Positions 39,771 to 49,715 are shown, counted from the stretch's first letter. The stretch: 55,277 nucleotides of DNA from Sedimentisphaeraceae bacterium JB056 (GCA_044440125.1 JBITAJ010000019.1:1-55277); one strand, 5' to 3'. The notes: generated by a model not told the origin, from the letters alone. Numbers and translations: made by a program.

Positions 39771-39792
39771 GCGGAAAGCTTGTGCTTCCCGC
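39771..39792. terminator. Hairpin between convergent genes
   Basis: GCGGAAAGC-TTGT-GCTTCCCGC with an A-rich left flank. Confidence 0.55.
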
Positions 39793-39802
39793 CCTGATTT
39801 GC

Positions 39803-40084
39803 TTAGCAATAACGGCAGAGATATGAAATCTGTGTTTCACATTTTACTTTGAACTTACTGTCTTTGGCGACAGTGAAGGACTCACCTTGTCCGTAATCTT
39901 CCCATTCATTGAGACCGGGAAGCAAGACGGATAATATGCCGCTTGTTACTGTCATTATCTCGACTGTGGAAGTGCCGAATTCATACTCGCCGCAATCCAT
40001 AACGCCGATAGTAGCAGGGCCTTTGTCGCTTGTGAAAGCGATAGACTTTACCTTGCCGTCAAAATATTCATTTGTCTTAAACAT
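39803..40084 (-). CDS. ppnP: Pyrimidine/purine nucleoside phosphorylase
   Basis: [28 protein letters not shown]...E.M.V.SG, YLCRY; GGAG RBS before ATG 40084. Confidence 0.93.
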   Translation of the reverse strand: MFKTNEYFDGKVKSIAFTSDKGPATIGVMDCGEYEFGTSTVEIMTVTSGILSVLLPGLNEWEDYGQGESFTVAKDSKFKVKCETQISYLCRYC

Positions 40085-40187
40085 GTTTAACTCCAAATTT
40101 ATGTTATTCTTGAAAAGATGAAATATAACCAGAAGTATTTTAGTTGTCAATGTTTATCATTGAAATTAACTTATAGGCGGCTGTTGG

Positions 40188-40766
40188 CTACTGTCTGTTT
40201 TGCGGAATAGTATATTGATTCAGCTCCTTGTCCAGTTGGCGGGCTTTATTGAAAGTTGTTCTGTCGAGTTCTTTCCAGAAGTCTTTGCCGTGGTTTTTTA
40301 CCCTCGTATGCGCCAGTTCATGCAGCAGTACATAGTCGCAGAGATGCCTTGGCAGGTGGGCAAGGTTGATGTTCAGGCTTATGTTGTTCTGAGACGAACA
40401 GCTTCCCCATCTGGTCTTCTGGTTTCTGAATGATACCCTGCCGAAGCAGTAACCGAAAGCAGATGCCAGTTGCTGTAATCTCTGATGAATACGGTTTGCT
40501 TCGGTTTCTATATCTATCTGAGGCAGGTTCCGGTACGCCTGTTCTATCTTGACTTCCCGTTCCTTTGCCCGCAATTGACTCTTCTGAACCCAGTGGGCGT
40601 TCTTCTGGAGATATTCTTTTGCGGTCTTCAGTGAGACTCTTGGCGGAAAGCTCACCCTTACCGGCTTATATGCGGCGACGGATATAGAAAGGCGCTTTGA
40701 CCGCCTCGAACTTGCAAAAACAACCTCTCCTATACCTGTGTAATTTTCGATTGTAGTTTTAGCCAT
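40188..40766 (-). CDS. YgjP/DUF45-like zinc metallohydrolase
   Basis: QKTRWGSCS, DYVLLHELAH...NH...FW. Confidence 0.92.
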   Translation of the reverse strand: MAKTTIENYTGIGEVVFASSRRSKRLSISVAAYKPVRVSFPPRVSLKTAKEYLQKNAHWVQKSQLRAKEREVKIEQAYRNLPQIDIETEANRIHQRLQQLASAFGYCFGRVSFRNQKTRWGSCSSQNNISLNINLAHLPRHLCDYVLLHELAHTRVKNHGKDFWKELDRTTFNKARQLDKELNQYTIPQNRQ

Positions 40767-40772
40767 GTCTAT

Positions 40773-42221
40773 TTAAGCCAGCTCTTCGATGATGCCAAGC
40801 AGAAGCTTATAGTTTGTTCGTATTGATTCGATATTTACTCTTTCCTGAGGACTATGCGCATTCTCTATCAATGGACCGAAAGATACCATATCCATTTCAG
40901 GGTACATCTGACCTATAACACCGCACTCAAGACCTGCATGGACGATTTCCACGCAAGGCTCTTTTCCGGTGAGTTTTTCATAGACATCGCAGCATACAGT
41001 GAGCAGCTTGGAATCCGTATCGGGCTGCCATGGAGAATATCTTGTTGATGGGTTATATTCGAATGCAAGTTTATTCGCTGTGTCTCTGTTTCTCTCACTT
41101 ACCATTTCAAGCCCTGAATTCTGCGAGCTTCTTTCGCTTCCGGCAAGAGCAAAATCTCCGCTTTCTGAATCGAATCTTATGGTTCCTATGCTTGAGGATG
41201 TTTCAACTATATGTGGGAAGTGCTTGCAATAGCTGATGGCTCCGCAGTCAATAGAGTTGAGCAGAGTTATTATAGCGGCGCTTTCCTCAGAGCAGCAGGC
41301 TTTTTCTATGTCGGCATTTTCTATCGTTATTTTTAATTCCGAATCACTCGGGTTCTCAACTCTTAAGATATCGCTTACTTCATTGGCTACTACTTGGAGT
41401 TGTTTTTCTGATGCTGGAGTCTTGATAATCAGCTCAGCATCCCTTGCTATTGCAGTCGTCTGGCTGCCGCCGTTTATACTGTTTATCAGCAATCCATATT
41501 TTGAATTGATCATATCAAGCAGCATGCCGCATACTTTTATCGCGTTGGCTCTGTTTTTGTTTATGTCAACACCTGAATGGCCGCCGATCAAACCTGACAG
41601 CGATATTCTGAATCCCTGTGAATCTTTCGGTGTCTCTAATATGCTGCATTTCTTGTTGATTTCGAATCTCTGCCCTCCAGCGCAGCCAATAATGAAACCA
41701 TCATCTTCACTGTCGAGATTTATCATGTATTTAGAGTCAAGCTGTCCTGGAGGTATTGCTGATGCTCCGCCGAGCCCGCCTTCTTCATCAACTGTGAACA
41801 GCAGTTCCAGTGGTCCATGATTTGATGATATTGCTGCTGCAAGTGCCATTGCTACGCCTATGCCGTTATCTGCACCAAGGGTAGTGTCTTTTGCGTGAAT
41901 CCATTCTTCTTCAAATACCAGCTCTATCGGGTCGGTGTCAAAGTTGTGTTTGCTTTGAGGTGTTTTCTGGCAGACCATATCCATGTGTGCCTGAAGGCAT
42001 ATCGATGGGGCTTGTTTCTTGCCGTCTGTTGCCGGTATGAAAATTATGACGTTTGGAGCAGTGTCGTTTTCTGCGGGCAGCTCGGTGTAGCTCATGTTGT
42101 TTTCATCGGCGAAGTTTTCCAGCCACTTGCAGACGCCGTGTTCCTTGCCGCTTGCTCGCGGGATAAGGCTTATTTGCTTGAATAGCTCTATGACTGTTTC
42201 GATGTCGCACTTCTGCTGCAT
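40773..42221 (-). CDS. pepD: Aminoacyl-histidine dipeptidase (M20C)
   Basis: LQAHMDMVC.K, TTLGADNGIG, FTVDEE.GL.GA, NLDSE, GGHSG.DI, HAGLECG, HSP.E. Confidence 0.93.
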   Translation of the reverse strand: MQQKCDIETVIELFKQISLIPRASGKEHGVCKWLENFADENNMSYTELPAENDTAPNVIIFIPATDGKKQAPSICLQAHMDMVCQKTPQSKHNFDTDPIELVFEEEWIHAKDTTLGADNGIGVAMALAAAISSNHGPLELLFTVDEEGGLGGASAIPPGQLDSKYMINLDSEDDGFIIGCAGGQRFEINKKCSILETPKDSQGFRISLSGLIGGHSGVDINKNRANAIKVCGMLLDMINSKYGLLINSINGGSQTTAIARDAELIIKTPASEKQLQVVANEVSDILRVENPSDSELKITIENADIEKACCSEESAAIITLLNSIDCGAISYCKHFPHIVETSSSIGTIRFDSESGDFALAGSERSSQNSGLEMVSERNRDTANKLAFEYNPSTRYSPWQPDTDSKLLTVCCDVYEKLTGKEPCVEIVHAGLECGVIGQMYPEMDMVSFGPLIENAHSPQERVNIESIRTNYKLLLGIIEELA

Positions 42222-42688
42222 TATATCTTTTCTCCAAATTTACCGTTGCCAAAAACTCTGCCGTATCCAAGTTCTTCAAGTATCTCGTTCTCTGCTTTGT
42301 GCATCTCATTGAAGTCTTCTTCACATAAATCGTCAAAGCCTATGTTGTGAAGGAGGCCGTGGAGTATGTATAACAGAAGTTCTGAAAGTGGCTGTGTGTT
42401 TCTTGACTCTGCTATTCTGCATGCCATATCTGCGTTTACTATCATTTCGAAGGTTTGTCTTGTCTCATCAGAATCAGAAAGGTTGAAGCTCATCACATCG
42501 GTAGTGGAAGCGTCATTCATGAACTCTTCGTGAACTTTTGACATTGCCTGGTCATCGACTATTGCGATACTTATATCGGCCTCGCTGATTTCATGTTTCT
42601 TGCATGTGAACTCGACAAGATCGATAATAGGCTTGGTATCGGTTTCAAATGTGCTTTCGTTGTTGATCTGTATTTCAAGCATTCTCAA
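42221..42688 (-). CDS. ybeY: rRNA maturation endoribonuclease YbeY
   Basis: TDVMSF, HGLLHNIGFDD, M...E..IL. Confidence 0.9.
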   Translation of the reverse strand: MRMLEIQINNESTFETDTKPIIDLVEFTCKKHEISEADISIAIVDDQAMSKVHEEFMNDASTTDVMSFNLSDSDETRQTFEMIVNADMACRIAESRNTQPLSELLLYILHGLLHNIGFDDLCEEDFNEMHKAENEILEELGYGRVFGNGKFGEKI

Positions 42689-42718
42689 CCTTCTCTATTG
42701 ATCTTAATTAAGAAACTG

Positions 42719-44236
42719 TTACTGTCTCTGATTGCTTTTGCCGTTCTTCTTCTCATCTTTTGAATCAGGGTAAGCGATTCTTGCGTGATGATGAGCGGCA
42801 AGTGATTTTGTCAATGTGTCAACTATCCTGCTGAGCTCTTTAAGTGTAAGGTCGCAATTATCGAATTGACCGTCCTGAAGTCTTGACATCGCCATGTTGT
42901 GTATCAGGGTTTTGATCCTTGATGCACTCGGCTCCTGCATCGCTCTTACTGCTCCCTCAACGCTGTCTGCCAGCATCACGATGGCCGCTTCCTTTGTTTG
43001 AGGATATGGCCCGGGATAGCGGTAGTCCTGCTCATTTACAGAACCGTTTTTGGAGCAATCCTGCTTGCGTGCTTCCTCGTAGAAATATTTTATGAGCGTT
43101 TTTCCGTGATGTGTCTCTATGAACTGCCTTATTGCTGAGGGCAGTTTGTATTCTTTGGCTATTTCCGCGCCGTCCTTGACGTGTCCTACTATGACATGCT
43201 TGCTCATTGTAGGCGAGAGCTGATCGTGACGGTTGTAGCCGCCCATCTGGTTCTCGAAGAAGTAGTCGGGTTTGTTTACTTTGCCGATGTCATGATAGTA
43301 TGCACCGACACGGCAAAGCAGACCGTTGACGCCTATCTCTTCGGCGGCCTTCTCTGCTATAGTGCCGACAAGAAGGCTGTGACTGAATGTGCCCGGTGCT
43401 TCCATTGCCAGCTTACGCAGGAGCGGCTGGTTTGCATCGCTGTAGTCCAGAAGTGTCATACTGGTGACTACACCGAATAGATGTTCGATTATCGGCAAAA
43501 ATCCCTGTATTATCAATCCTACTATCAAGGTTACAATAGCTGCTGAGCCGCTTCTTTGGAATACGTTTATAAGCGAAAGGTCATTTATTATATTCACTGA
43601 AAATGCCGCACAGAATACAAGGATTGCCGTTATTGCGCTTACTTGTATAAGCTTCATTCTGGTACGTATCTCTTTCATGTTGAAACAGCAGCCGAAGATG
43701 CCGGTTATCATCGTCATCATCATTTCTACGTTGTTGTCTTTTGCAACAGCGAAAGAAGCTAAAAGTGCATACAGGATACTAAGCACAAGGGCTGTTCGCT
43801 GATTATACGTGATTGAGAGTATCATTGCACTTGTAATTGCTGTGCCGGTAGCGAGATATACCCATTCTTCGGTAAGTGCGCCAATCTTGGTTAGCAGCAG
43901 CAGTACGGTTAGCAGGCATGAGAATGCCGCCGTTCGCGGGAATCGTTTTATTATTTTCGGTTCATAGAACGATATGTATAAACCCATGGCTGATGTTATC
44001 AGCAGGGATATGACGAAATAGGCAAAAACCACAGGGGTTGAGTTGATGTAAAGCGTTGAACCGTCTCGCTTTATGCTCAAAATCAGTGTGGCGGCTATTG
44101 AAAATAATATCCCAAGAGAGATGCAGCGGGGAAGATAGGAGTTCATGAACTCGGAGATTTTACCCATTCGTTCAGCCGCACGGTTCTCACGAACCTGCTG
44201 CCTTCTCGGACTAACTTTTTTCTTAAACATCATCAT
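42719..44236 (-). CDS. 7TM-HD (HDIG) phosphodiesterase, PgpH-like
   Basis: Multiple TM helices then EAPGTFSHS, YYHDIGK, FFENQ, HV.DG, HHG, YRYPGP.P, MLADSVE; adjacent to ybeY. Confidence 0.9.
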   Translation of the reverse strand: MMMFKKKVSPRRQQVRENRAAERMGKISEFMNSYLPRCISLGILFSIAATLILSIKRDGSTLYINSTPVVFAYFVISLLITSAMGLYISFYEPKIIKRFPRTAAFSCLLTVLLLLTKIGALTEEWVYLATGTAITSAMILSITYNQRTALVLSILYALLASFAVAKDNNVEMMMTMITGIFGCCFNMKEIRTRMKLIQVSAITAILVFCAAFSVNIINDLSLINVFQRSGSAAIVTLIVGLIIQGFLPIIEHLFGVVTSMTLLDYSDANQPLLRKLAMEAPGTFSHSLLVGTIAEKAAEEIGVNGLLCRVGAYYHDIGKVNKPDYFFENQMGGYNRHDQLSPTMSKHVIVGHVKDGAEIAKEYKLPSAIRQFIETHHGKTLIKYFYEEARKQDCSKNGSVNEQDYRYPGPYPQTKEAAIVMLADSVEGAVRAMQEPSASRIKTLIHNMAMSRLQDGQFDNCDLTLKELSRIVDTLTKSLAAHHHARIAYPDSKDEKKNGKSNQRQ

Positions 44237-44353
44237 TAACGCGTATTTTAGCTATTTAGGCATAACATTCAAGAATTTTAAATTTACCACGATCTTTTGG
44301 GCTAAGGGTGTGTAATTTCAGGGCAATTCTCTTTTTCAAAAGGCGATAGCACC

Positions 44354-44469
44354 TTGGAGTGCGGTTGAAAGCGAAGCGCAAAACCGCTTTGGAATAGATT
44401 CCCAACGCCGCCGGCAGGGGGATTTCAAAGCTTAATTGCCTCCCGTTGGTCGTTAATTAAGCACTCCAA
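44354..44469. repeat. REP/REPIN-like composite palindromic element
   Basis: Outer inverted repeat TTGGAGTGC...GCACTCCAA; inner arms GCTTTGGAAT/ATTTCAAAGC; hairpins with loop motifs GCGAAGCGC and CTCCCGTTGGTCG. Confidence 0.7.
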
Positions 44470-44501
44470 AAGGCATTACTCTAAAAGAATAGCATGCTTT
44501 C

Positions 44502-44529
44502 TTGACAGTATTAGGGAAATGTTTATAAT
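44502..44529 (+). promoter_or_regulatory. Sigma70-type promoter for tRNA-Thr
   Basis: TTGACA (44502-07), 16-nt spacer, TATAAT (44524-29), 25 nt upstream of the tRNA. Confidence 0.8.
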
Positions 44530-44554
44530 TCCATCTTCCTAATGAAAAGGTTTA

Positions 44555-44627
44555 GCCAATGTAGCTCAGTTGGCAGAGCACAGCTTTCGTAAAGCTGGGG
44601 TCGTGAGTTCGAATCTCACCATTGGCA
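44555..44627 (+). tRNA. tRNA-Thr (anticodon CGT), CCA not encoded
   Basis: GCCAATG TAGCTCAGTTGGCAGAGCA CAGCT TTCGTAA AGCTG GGGTC GTGAG TTCGAAT CTCAC CATTGGC A folds as a cloverleaf. Confidence 0.96.
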
Positions 44628-44710
44628 TTTTATGTTTAACCTTGCGGCAAAAGTAAAGAAGCGGTCAGTAGATTTTTATCAATGCCGGTATGCTTTTGTA
44701 GGTGTCGCCT

Positions 44711-45508
44711 ATGTATAACCAATCTTATAACCAACTTCTCGATATTATAAAGCCTTATCAGAGGCTTTGTGTCAGCTATTCCGGTGGTGTTGACAGCACC
44801 TTTCTTGCCAAAGCCGCGATTGATGCACTCGGAAAAGAAAATGTTCTTTGCGTACTGATTAAAGGTTACGCTCTTCCCGCACGTGAATATGCGAACGCGA
44901 TTCGGTATGCTGATGCTATCGGTGCTGAGCTTGCGGTGCTGGATGTTGATGAGTTTGCGGTTGAGCAGTTTGGCGGCAATACTACAGACCGCTGTTACCA
45001 TTGCAAGAAGTTCATCTTCTCACACATCTTTAAGTTCATGAAATCAAAAGGCTATGATATTCTTGCCTGCGGCTCAAATGTTGACGATCTCAGTGATTAC
45101 AGACCGGGCAATAGGGCGGTAGAAGAGGCCGGTGTGAAATGTCCTCTGATCGAGGCAGATTTCGATAAAGAGAAAATACGTCAGCTAAGCAGAGAGCTCG
45201 GGCTTGAGAGCGGCGATAATCCCTCTTCCCCATGCCTTGCATCGAGAGTTCCTTACGGCAGGTCGATAACGCCGCAGATGCTGAAACAGATTGATAAGGC
45301 CGAATCATATCTATATGATATGGGGATGAGTCCTCTTAGAGTGAGGCATTACGGCGATACCGCAAAGATAGAAGTACCTTGCGAATATATGGAAAAAGCA
45401 GTCGCAATGAGTGAGAAGATTGTTTCTGCTTTTAAGGACATCGGTTTCACTTACATCACGCTCGACCTTGAAGGCTTCAGAAGCGGGGCAATGAACGAGG
45501 TTCTCTAA
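44711..45508 (+). CDS. larE: ATP-dependent sulfur transferase, LarE family
   Basis: PP-loop SYSGGVDS, N..DRCYHCK, G.N.DD..DYRPG, PCLASR.PYG, LRVRHYG, LDLEGFRSG.MN. Confidence 0.9.
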   Translation: MYNQSYNQLLDIIKPYQRLCVSYSGGVDSTFLAKAAIDALGKENVLCVLIKGYALPAREYANAIRYADAIGAELAVLDVDEFAVEQFGGNTTDRCYHCKKFIFSHIFKFMKSKGYDILACGSNVDDLSDYRPGNRAVEEAGVKCPLIEADFDKEKIRQLSRELGLESGDNPSSPCLASRVPYGRSITPQMLKQIDKAESYLYDMGMSPLRVRHYGDTAKIEVPCEYMEKAVAMSEKIVSAFKDIGFTYITLDLEGFRSGAMNEVL

Positions 45509-45517
45509 ATCAGCTTA

Positions 45518-46354
45518 TCAGTAAGTCATTATATAAGCTATTACGAGCACTTCCAATACTGGAATTATTATTATCCAGAAGGGGCGTATTCTGAAATGAC
45601 CTTCAATCCAGTCTGCTATGTTTTTTATACCGTTAGCAGCAAGCATTGATATCGCCGCCACCGAATAAACTGCCCATATCCCCGGAGGTATGTCGAACAA
45701 AGGTTTGTCAAAACATGGTATTGTAAATAGTATTGAAACTGCTGCAAATAATAAAGCATTGAAATTCAACTTCAATATACCCGGCACTATAAGTATCAGC
45801 ATCAGGTAACCCACGGAAACAGGCAGACCATCTCTATACATTGATGCCTTAACCGCTGCCAGTGCAGGATAAGGCTGCTCGGAGACAGGCATTGGGAAAA
45901 ATGTGTTGATGTCTATCTTGCTCATGAAATCAGGGTTTGCAAGCAGCGAGAATGTTACTCCCCATAATAACGGCGGCAGGATTATTAGCAGAAATGAAGG
46001 ATTGAACCTGCCGTGTCCAAAACACAAAGAACGCATCCAGAGAGACAATCCGAATATGCCTGCGCCTGATATAAGCGGCAGAGCAGGATTTAGGATTGCA
46101 AGTTCTGTTGTGAAAGGAGAAAAAGCAAGCATCATTGCCGCTGCTGATGAGGCAAGAGCACCCATATTGCATGCGATACAGATATTGAGCATTGCAAGGC
46201 TCATTACTGCGATACCGACAGAAATCAATGAGCAGTCTATTATGTTGCGACCTGAATACAGAAAGACAGATATTGTCGTAGAAATTGCTACAGGCAATAT
46301 GTAGTCGATTATTCGGTGCCTTTCATGGCTGTTTATTTCGCTGGCCTCATTCAA
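45518..46354 (-). CDS. Hypothetical integral membrane protein
   Basis: 278 aa with about 8 hydrophobic segments; no recognised motif. Confidence 0.6.
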   Translation of the reverse strand: MNEASEINSHERHRIIDYILPVAISTTISVFLYSGRNIIDCSLISVGIAVMSLAMLNICIACNMGALASSAAAMMLAFSPFTTELAILNPALPLISGAGIFGLSLWMRSLCFGHGRFNPSFLLIILPPLLWGVTFSLLANPDFMSKIDINTFFPMPVSEQPYPALAAVKASMYRDGLPVSVGYLMLILIVPGILKLNFNALLFAAVSILFTIPCFDKPLFDIPPGIWAVYSVAAISMLAANGIKNIADWIEGHFRIRPFWIIIIPVLEVLVIAYIMTY

Positions 46355-46396
46355 ATTATTACACTCTGTAAATTGAAAGCATTGGAAATATCGTGC

Positions 46397-48709
46397 TTAT
46401 ATCCATTTTCTTATCCAGGAATGCACGCCCTGTGAGGACTTTACGATTATAGTAGGCTTTTTGCCGCGACAAGCTATCTTCTCAGGCAGACTTCTGCCGG
46501 CAAATTGTGACCATACTGATCTGTTGGATGTACCCATGACAATAAGGTCGTAATTTCTTGATTGACGTATTATGCCTATTACTGCACTTTTGGCTTTTAC
46601 TGTCTGGATGTCAAATCTGTCATCACTGACGCCTAATTTAGTGCATTGTTCCTTCGCGAATTCCTGAATGTTGAATTTGCTTTTTCTGCCGCTGTCAATG
46701 GTCATTATCGTGATCTTGCTGTCAGGATTATCTGCCATTATAGTTGCTATCTCTACTGCCAGGCTGGAGTTAGGACCACCTGCCACAGGTACGAGTATAT
46801 TGTGGAACTCTTTGTTGCCGCCGCAGTCCTTCAGCACAACAACATCGCATGGAGATTGTTCGATGATAGGGTCAACAGTCGAGCCTATGTTGAATATGTG
46901 CGAATTAGCTTCGCCGTGCCAGCCGAGTACCAGCATCTTTGTCTTTTTTTGTCTTAATGCCCCGATTATACCCCTTGCTATATTACGGCAGTATCGTATT
47001 GTAAGATTCACTGGGTAATGTATTGATAGATACAGCATTGCCTCGTGCAGGCCTTCCCTTCCGGGGATCATGTATTCCTTGCAGCTTTCTGCATCATGCA
47101 AAGGAATACCGTCGGGGACGGGAACCATGTGGATAAGCTCTACGCTTGCATTTTTTGCATCACATATATGATACGTACTTCTGGCGAGCTGAACTGCGTT
47201 GGATGGGTTTGCAACAGCCAGCATTACCGAGTAACCTTCCGGCTTATGTGTTGTTTCCTCGTCTAATATCAGAACTTCATGTTCAGCGGTTTGCGCTCTT
47301 GATTTTGAGTAGGTGAAATAGATTATTATGCCTGATATTATCCAGAGCGGAGCGAATACCCAAGCCAGCCAGCTCATATGGACCAGCCATACAGCCAGTA
47401 CCGCCTGGCAAATAATCGCGATTATTGGCGGCAGTGGGAACAATGGCATAAGGAAGCCGTATTCCAGCTCATCGGCCATGCTTCTGCGTATCTTAATAAC
47501 GCATAAGTTGACCATGAAGAACAGGAACAGGAACATGATACTTGCACTTGAGGCAACATCTTCTGTCGGTAGGAATGTCGCTACAAACAGGATTATTGAA
47601 CCGGTAACGATCAACGCACCGTAAGGAGTTTTGTTTTTATGGTGTATCTTTGCCCAGAATTTCGGCAGCATTCCATCTCTACCAAGTGCGTAAGATGCTC
47701 TTGTACCTGAATATATAGTCGCGTTGAGTGCCGATGTTGATGAAAATATCACGGCAAGTGTCAGTACAAAGTTGCCGTAAGGCATAAGACGGGCGACAGC
47801 CTCGCCAAAACCCTTTGCCTGAAACTGGCCTATCCATTCCCATGGTGCTTTGTCGATTCCTTCGCTTCCGGCCTTGACAGATACTACTGTCGCGAATGCC
47901 ACAAGCACGTATATGAAGGTGACGACTATTACCGAATAGAGCATTGCCTTTGGAAGGTTTCGTTTGGGGTCTATAGCCTCATCTCCGGCCTGAGCAATTA
48001 CTTCATATCCCTCGAATGCAACATAGGTGAATCCCATTGTTACAAGGAGTTTAGACCAGCCCAGCGGCATGAAAGGTGTGAAATTGTCAAGCCTTGACGG
48101 ATCTTTCATTACCGTGTAAACACCGAACAAACCTATGGTTACGACAAATATTGTCTGTCCCATAGTGATGATTGCGCCGATTTTACCTGTCTCTGATGAG
48201 CCGCGATAGTTTATGTATATGAATAAAGCCGCAGTCAGGACTGCGATGACTTTTTCAATGTAAGGTTCTGAAGTTGCAGGGTTTAGATTAAGTGCTGCGT
48301 ATAGGGGTTCTGTCCAGCCTAATGTTCCCGCAAACCGGACTACGTATATTGCGAATGTGAGTGCATACATACTGCCGGCTACGCTTGAGGCGAACCATTC
48401 CATCCAGCCGGCCAAAAAGCTTGCCGGACGTCCAAAGCCGATTCTGGCGAAATTGTACGCTCCGCCTGCTCTTGGGATTGCCGAGCTGAGTTCTGCGAAT
48501 GACATTGCCGTCAGCATGGCTAAAAGTCCGTTGAGGGCGAATGTCAGAACCACGCCGCCGGGTCCTGATTCTCCGATAGATATACCCATACCCAGAAAAA
48601 CACCCGCACCAATCATCATACCGAGTCCCATCATTGTGATGTGGAATAGGGTGAGTTCGCGTGAGAGTTCTGAGGATGTGTGGTGTGATTGGGAGTTTGT
48701 CTCTGTCAC
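46397..48709 (-). CDS. APC-family amino acid permease fused to two universal-stress (USP) domains
   Basis: G.G.MIGAGVF, AELSSAIP.AGG.Y, F.GYEVIAQ...E..DP.RN.P; C-terminal GSTVD.II.Q.PCDV.V and ILVPVAGGPNS...DLIVMG. Confidence 0.92.
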   Translation of the reverse strand: MTETNSQSHHTSSELSRELTLFHITMMGLGMMIGAGVFLGMGISIGESGPGGVVLTFALNGLLAMLTAMSFAELSSAIPRAGGAYNFARIGFGRPASFLAGWMEWFASSVAGSMYALTFAIYVVRFAGTLGWTEPLYAALNLNPATSEPYIEKVIAVLTAALFIYINYRGSSETGKIGAIITMGQTIFVVTIGLFGVYTVMKDPSRLDNFTPFMPLGWSKLLVTMGFTYVAFEGYEVIAQAGDEAIDPKRNLPKAMLYSVIVVTFIYVLVAFATVVSVKAGSEGIDKAPWEWIGQFQAKGFGEAVARLMPYGNFVLTLAVIFSSTSALNATIYSGTRASYALGRDGMLPKFWAKIHHKNKTPYGALIVTGSIILFVATFLPTEDVASSASIMFLFLFFMVNLCVIKIRRSMADELEYGFLMPLFPLPPIIAIICQAVLAVWLVHMSWLAWVFAPLWIISGIIIYFTYSKSRAQTAEHEVLILDEETTHKPEGYSVMLAVANPSNAVQLARSTYHICDAKNASVELIHMVPVPDGIPLHDAESCKEYMIPGREGLHEAMLYLSIHYPVNLTIRYCRNIARGIIGALRQKKTKMLVLGWHGEANSHIFNIGSTVDPIIEQSPCDVVVLKDCGGNKEFHNILVPVAGGPNSSLAVEIATIMADNPDSKITIMTIDSGRKSKFNIQEFAKEQCTKLGVSDDRFDIQTVKAKSAVIGIIRQSRNYDLIVMGTSNRSVWSQFAGRSLPEKIACRGKKPTIIVKSSQGVHSWIRKWI

Positions 48710-48870
48710 TGATTATCCTTTTTATTGAGGCTCTTGGCTGTCTGACGGCCACTGCCGTAGCCTTGAGCGGCAATTCGCTCAATACGAGACTTAGACCACA
48801 CTGTAAGTGTGACAACGCCCGTAAGAGCGGCTAACAACACTATTATACCTATTAATATATCTGCTTCCAT
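48706..48870 (-). CDS. Small single-pass membrane protein (54 aa) coupled to the permease
   Basis: MEADILIGIIVLLAALTGVVTLTVW then a basic tail; stop overlaps the permease GTG (GTGA). Confidence 0.5.
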   Translation of the reverse strand: MEADILIGIIVLLAALTGVVTLTVWSKSRIERIAAQGYGSGRQTAKSLNKKDNQ

Positions 48871-49017
48871 AATCGCGAATTGTAGCAAAAAACAATAAAA
48901 AAGCAAGTCCCACTGAATTTGATGGAATCTGCTTTGTAAATCGAGATGTTATAGCGTTATTTTGCCTAATACTATAAACATCAATATATGCGGAAGTGTT
49001 GTTTTGGGGCCGATGTT

Positions 49018-49548
49018 TTAGTTGGCCAGATTCTTGACTTTATTAATCGTAGAGTCAATATAATCTGGTTCTATAGTGCCTGAGGCTGATATATTATAGA
49101 TAAATTCTCTCGTGTTTCCGGCTTTGTCTATTATGATTAAGGCTGCTTTTGTTTTTTCAGAAGTATTTGCCTGATGATACTCTATAGATTTCCAGTCAGT
49201 TTGGCTTCCCCAGTTGGCTATTTCTTTGTTGAGAGTTCCTATGTATTTCGGACTGTCTTTATCTGGAATAGCTGTGAAATAATTGCGGGGAAACTCTTTT
49301 TCCTGATTATTAACAAAGATGCTTATTTTCTCTTGTTCAAGTTCTTTTAGGTTAACAAGGATTGCTCTGTCTATATTAATATGCGGCGAATTAGGGAATA
49401 ATGCTACTGTGAATTTTGAAGGGCTTGGATTATTGTTACGTTCTTTAGCTATTGGCAGACGCATTTTAGATGATGATATGGTTATGATAATTGCTGAGGC
49501 TAAGATTGCAGCTAACGAAATTGATACTATTCTTGATTTTTGACTCAT
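49018..49548 (-). CDS. Hypothetical membrane-anchored protein
   Basis: GGAG RBS, N-terminal hydrophobic helix, 176 aa, AT-rich. Confidence 0.6.
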   Translation of the reverse strand: MSQKSRIVSISLAAILASAIIITISSSKMRLPIAKERNNNPSPSKFTVALFPNSPHINIDRAILVNLKELEQEKISIFVNNQEKEFPRNYFTAIPDKDSPKYIGTLNKEIANWGSQTDWKSIEYHQANTSEKTKAALIIIDKAGNTREFIYNISASGTIEPDYIDSTINKVKNLAN

Positions 49549-49715
49549 TGTGTCTCCAAAACTTTATAATCAGAGTATACAGAATATAATGACCAGTTGC
49601 AATTTAATAGTCTTAGTATTTTCCCAGAAATGAAGATGGACACTAAAGCAAATAGCTGTATTATATTATGCAGTTTAGATTATGAATACAGAAATCAAAT
49701 AGCGAGGATTTTAAT

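Noticed and set aside
44600..44627. Integrative element att site at the tRNA-Thr or tRNA-Gly 3' end
   Set aside because: No duplicate of either tRNA 3' end noticed and no integrase.
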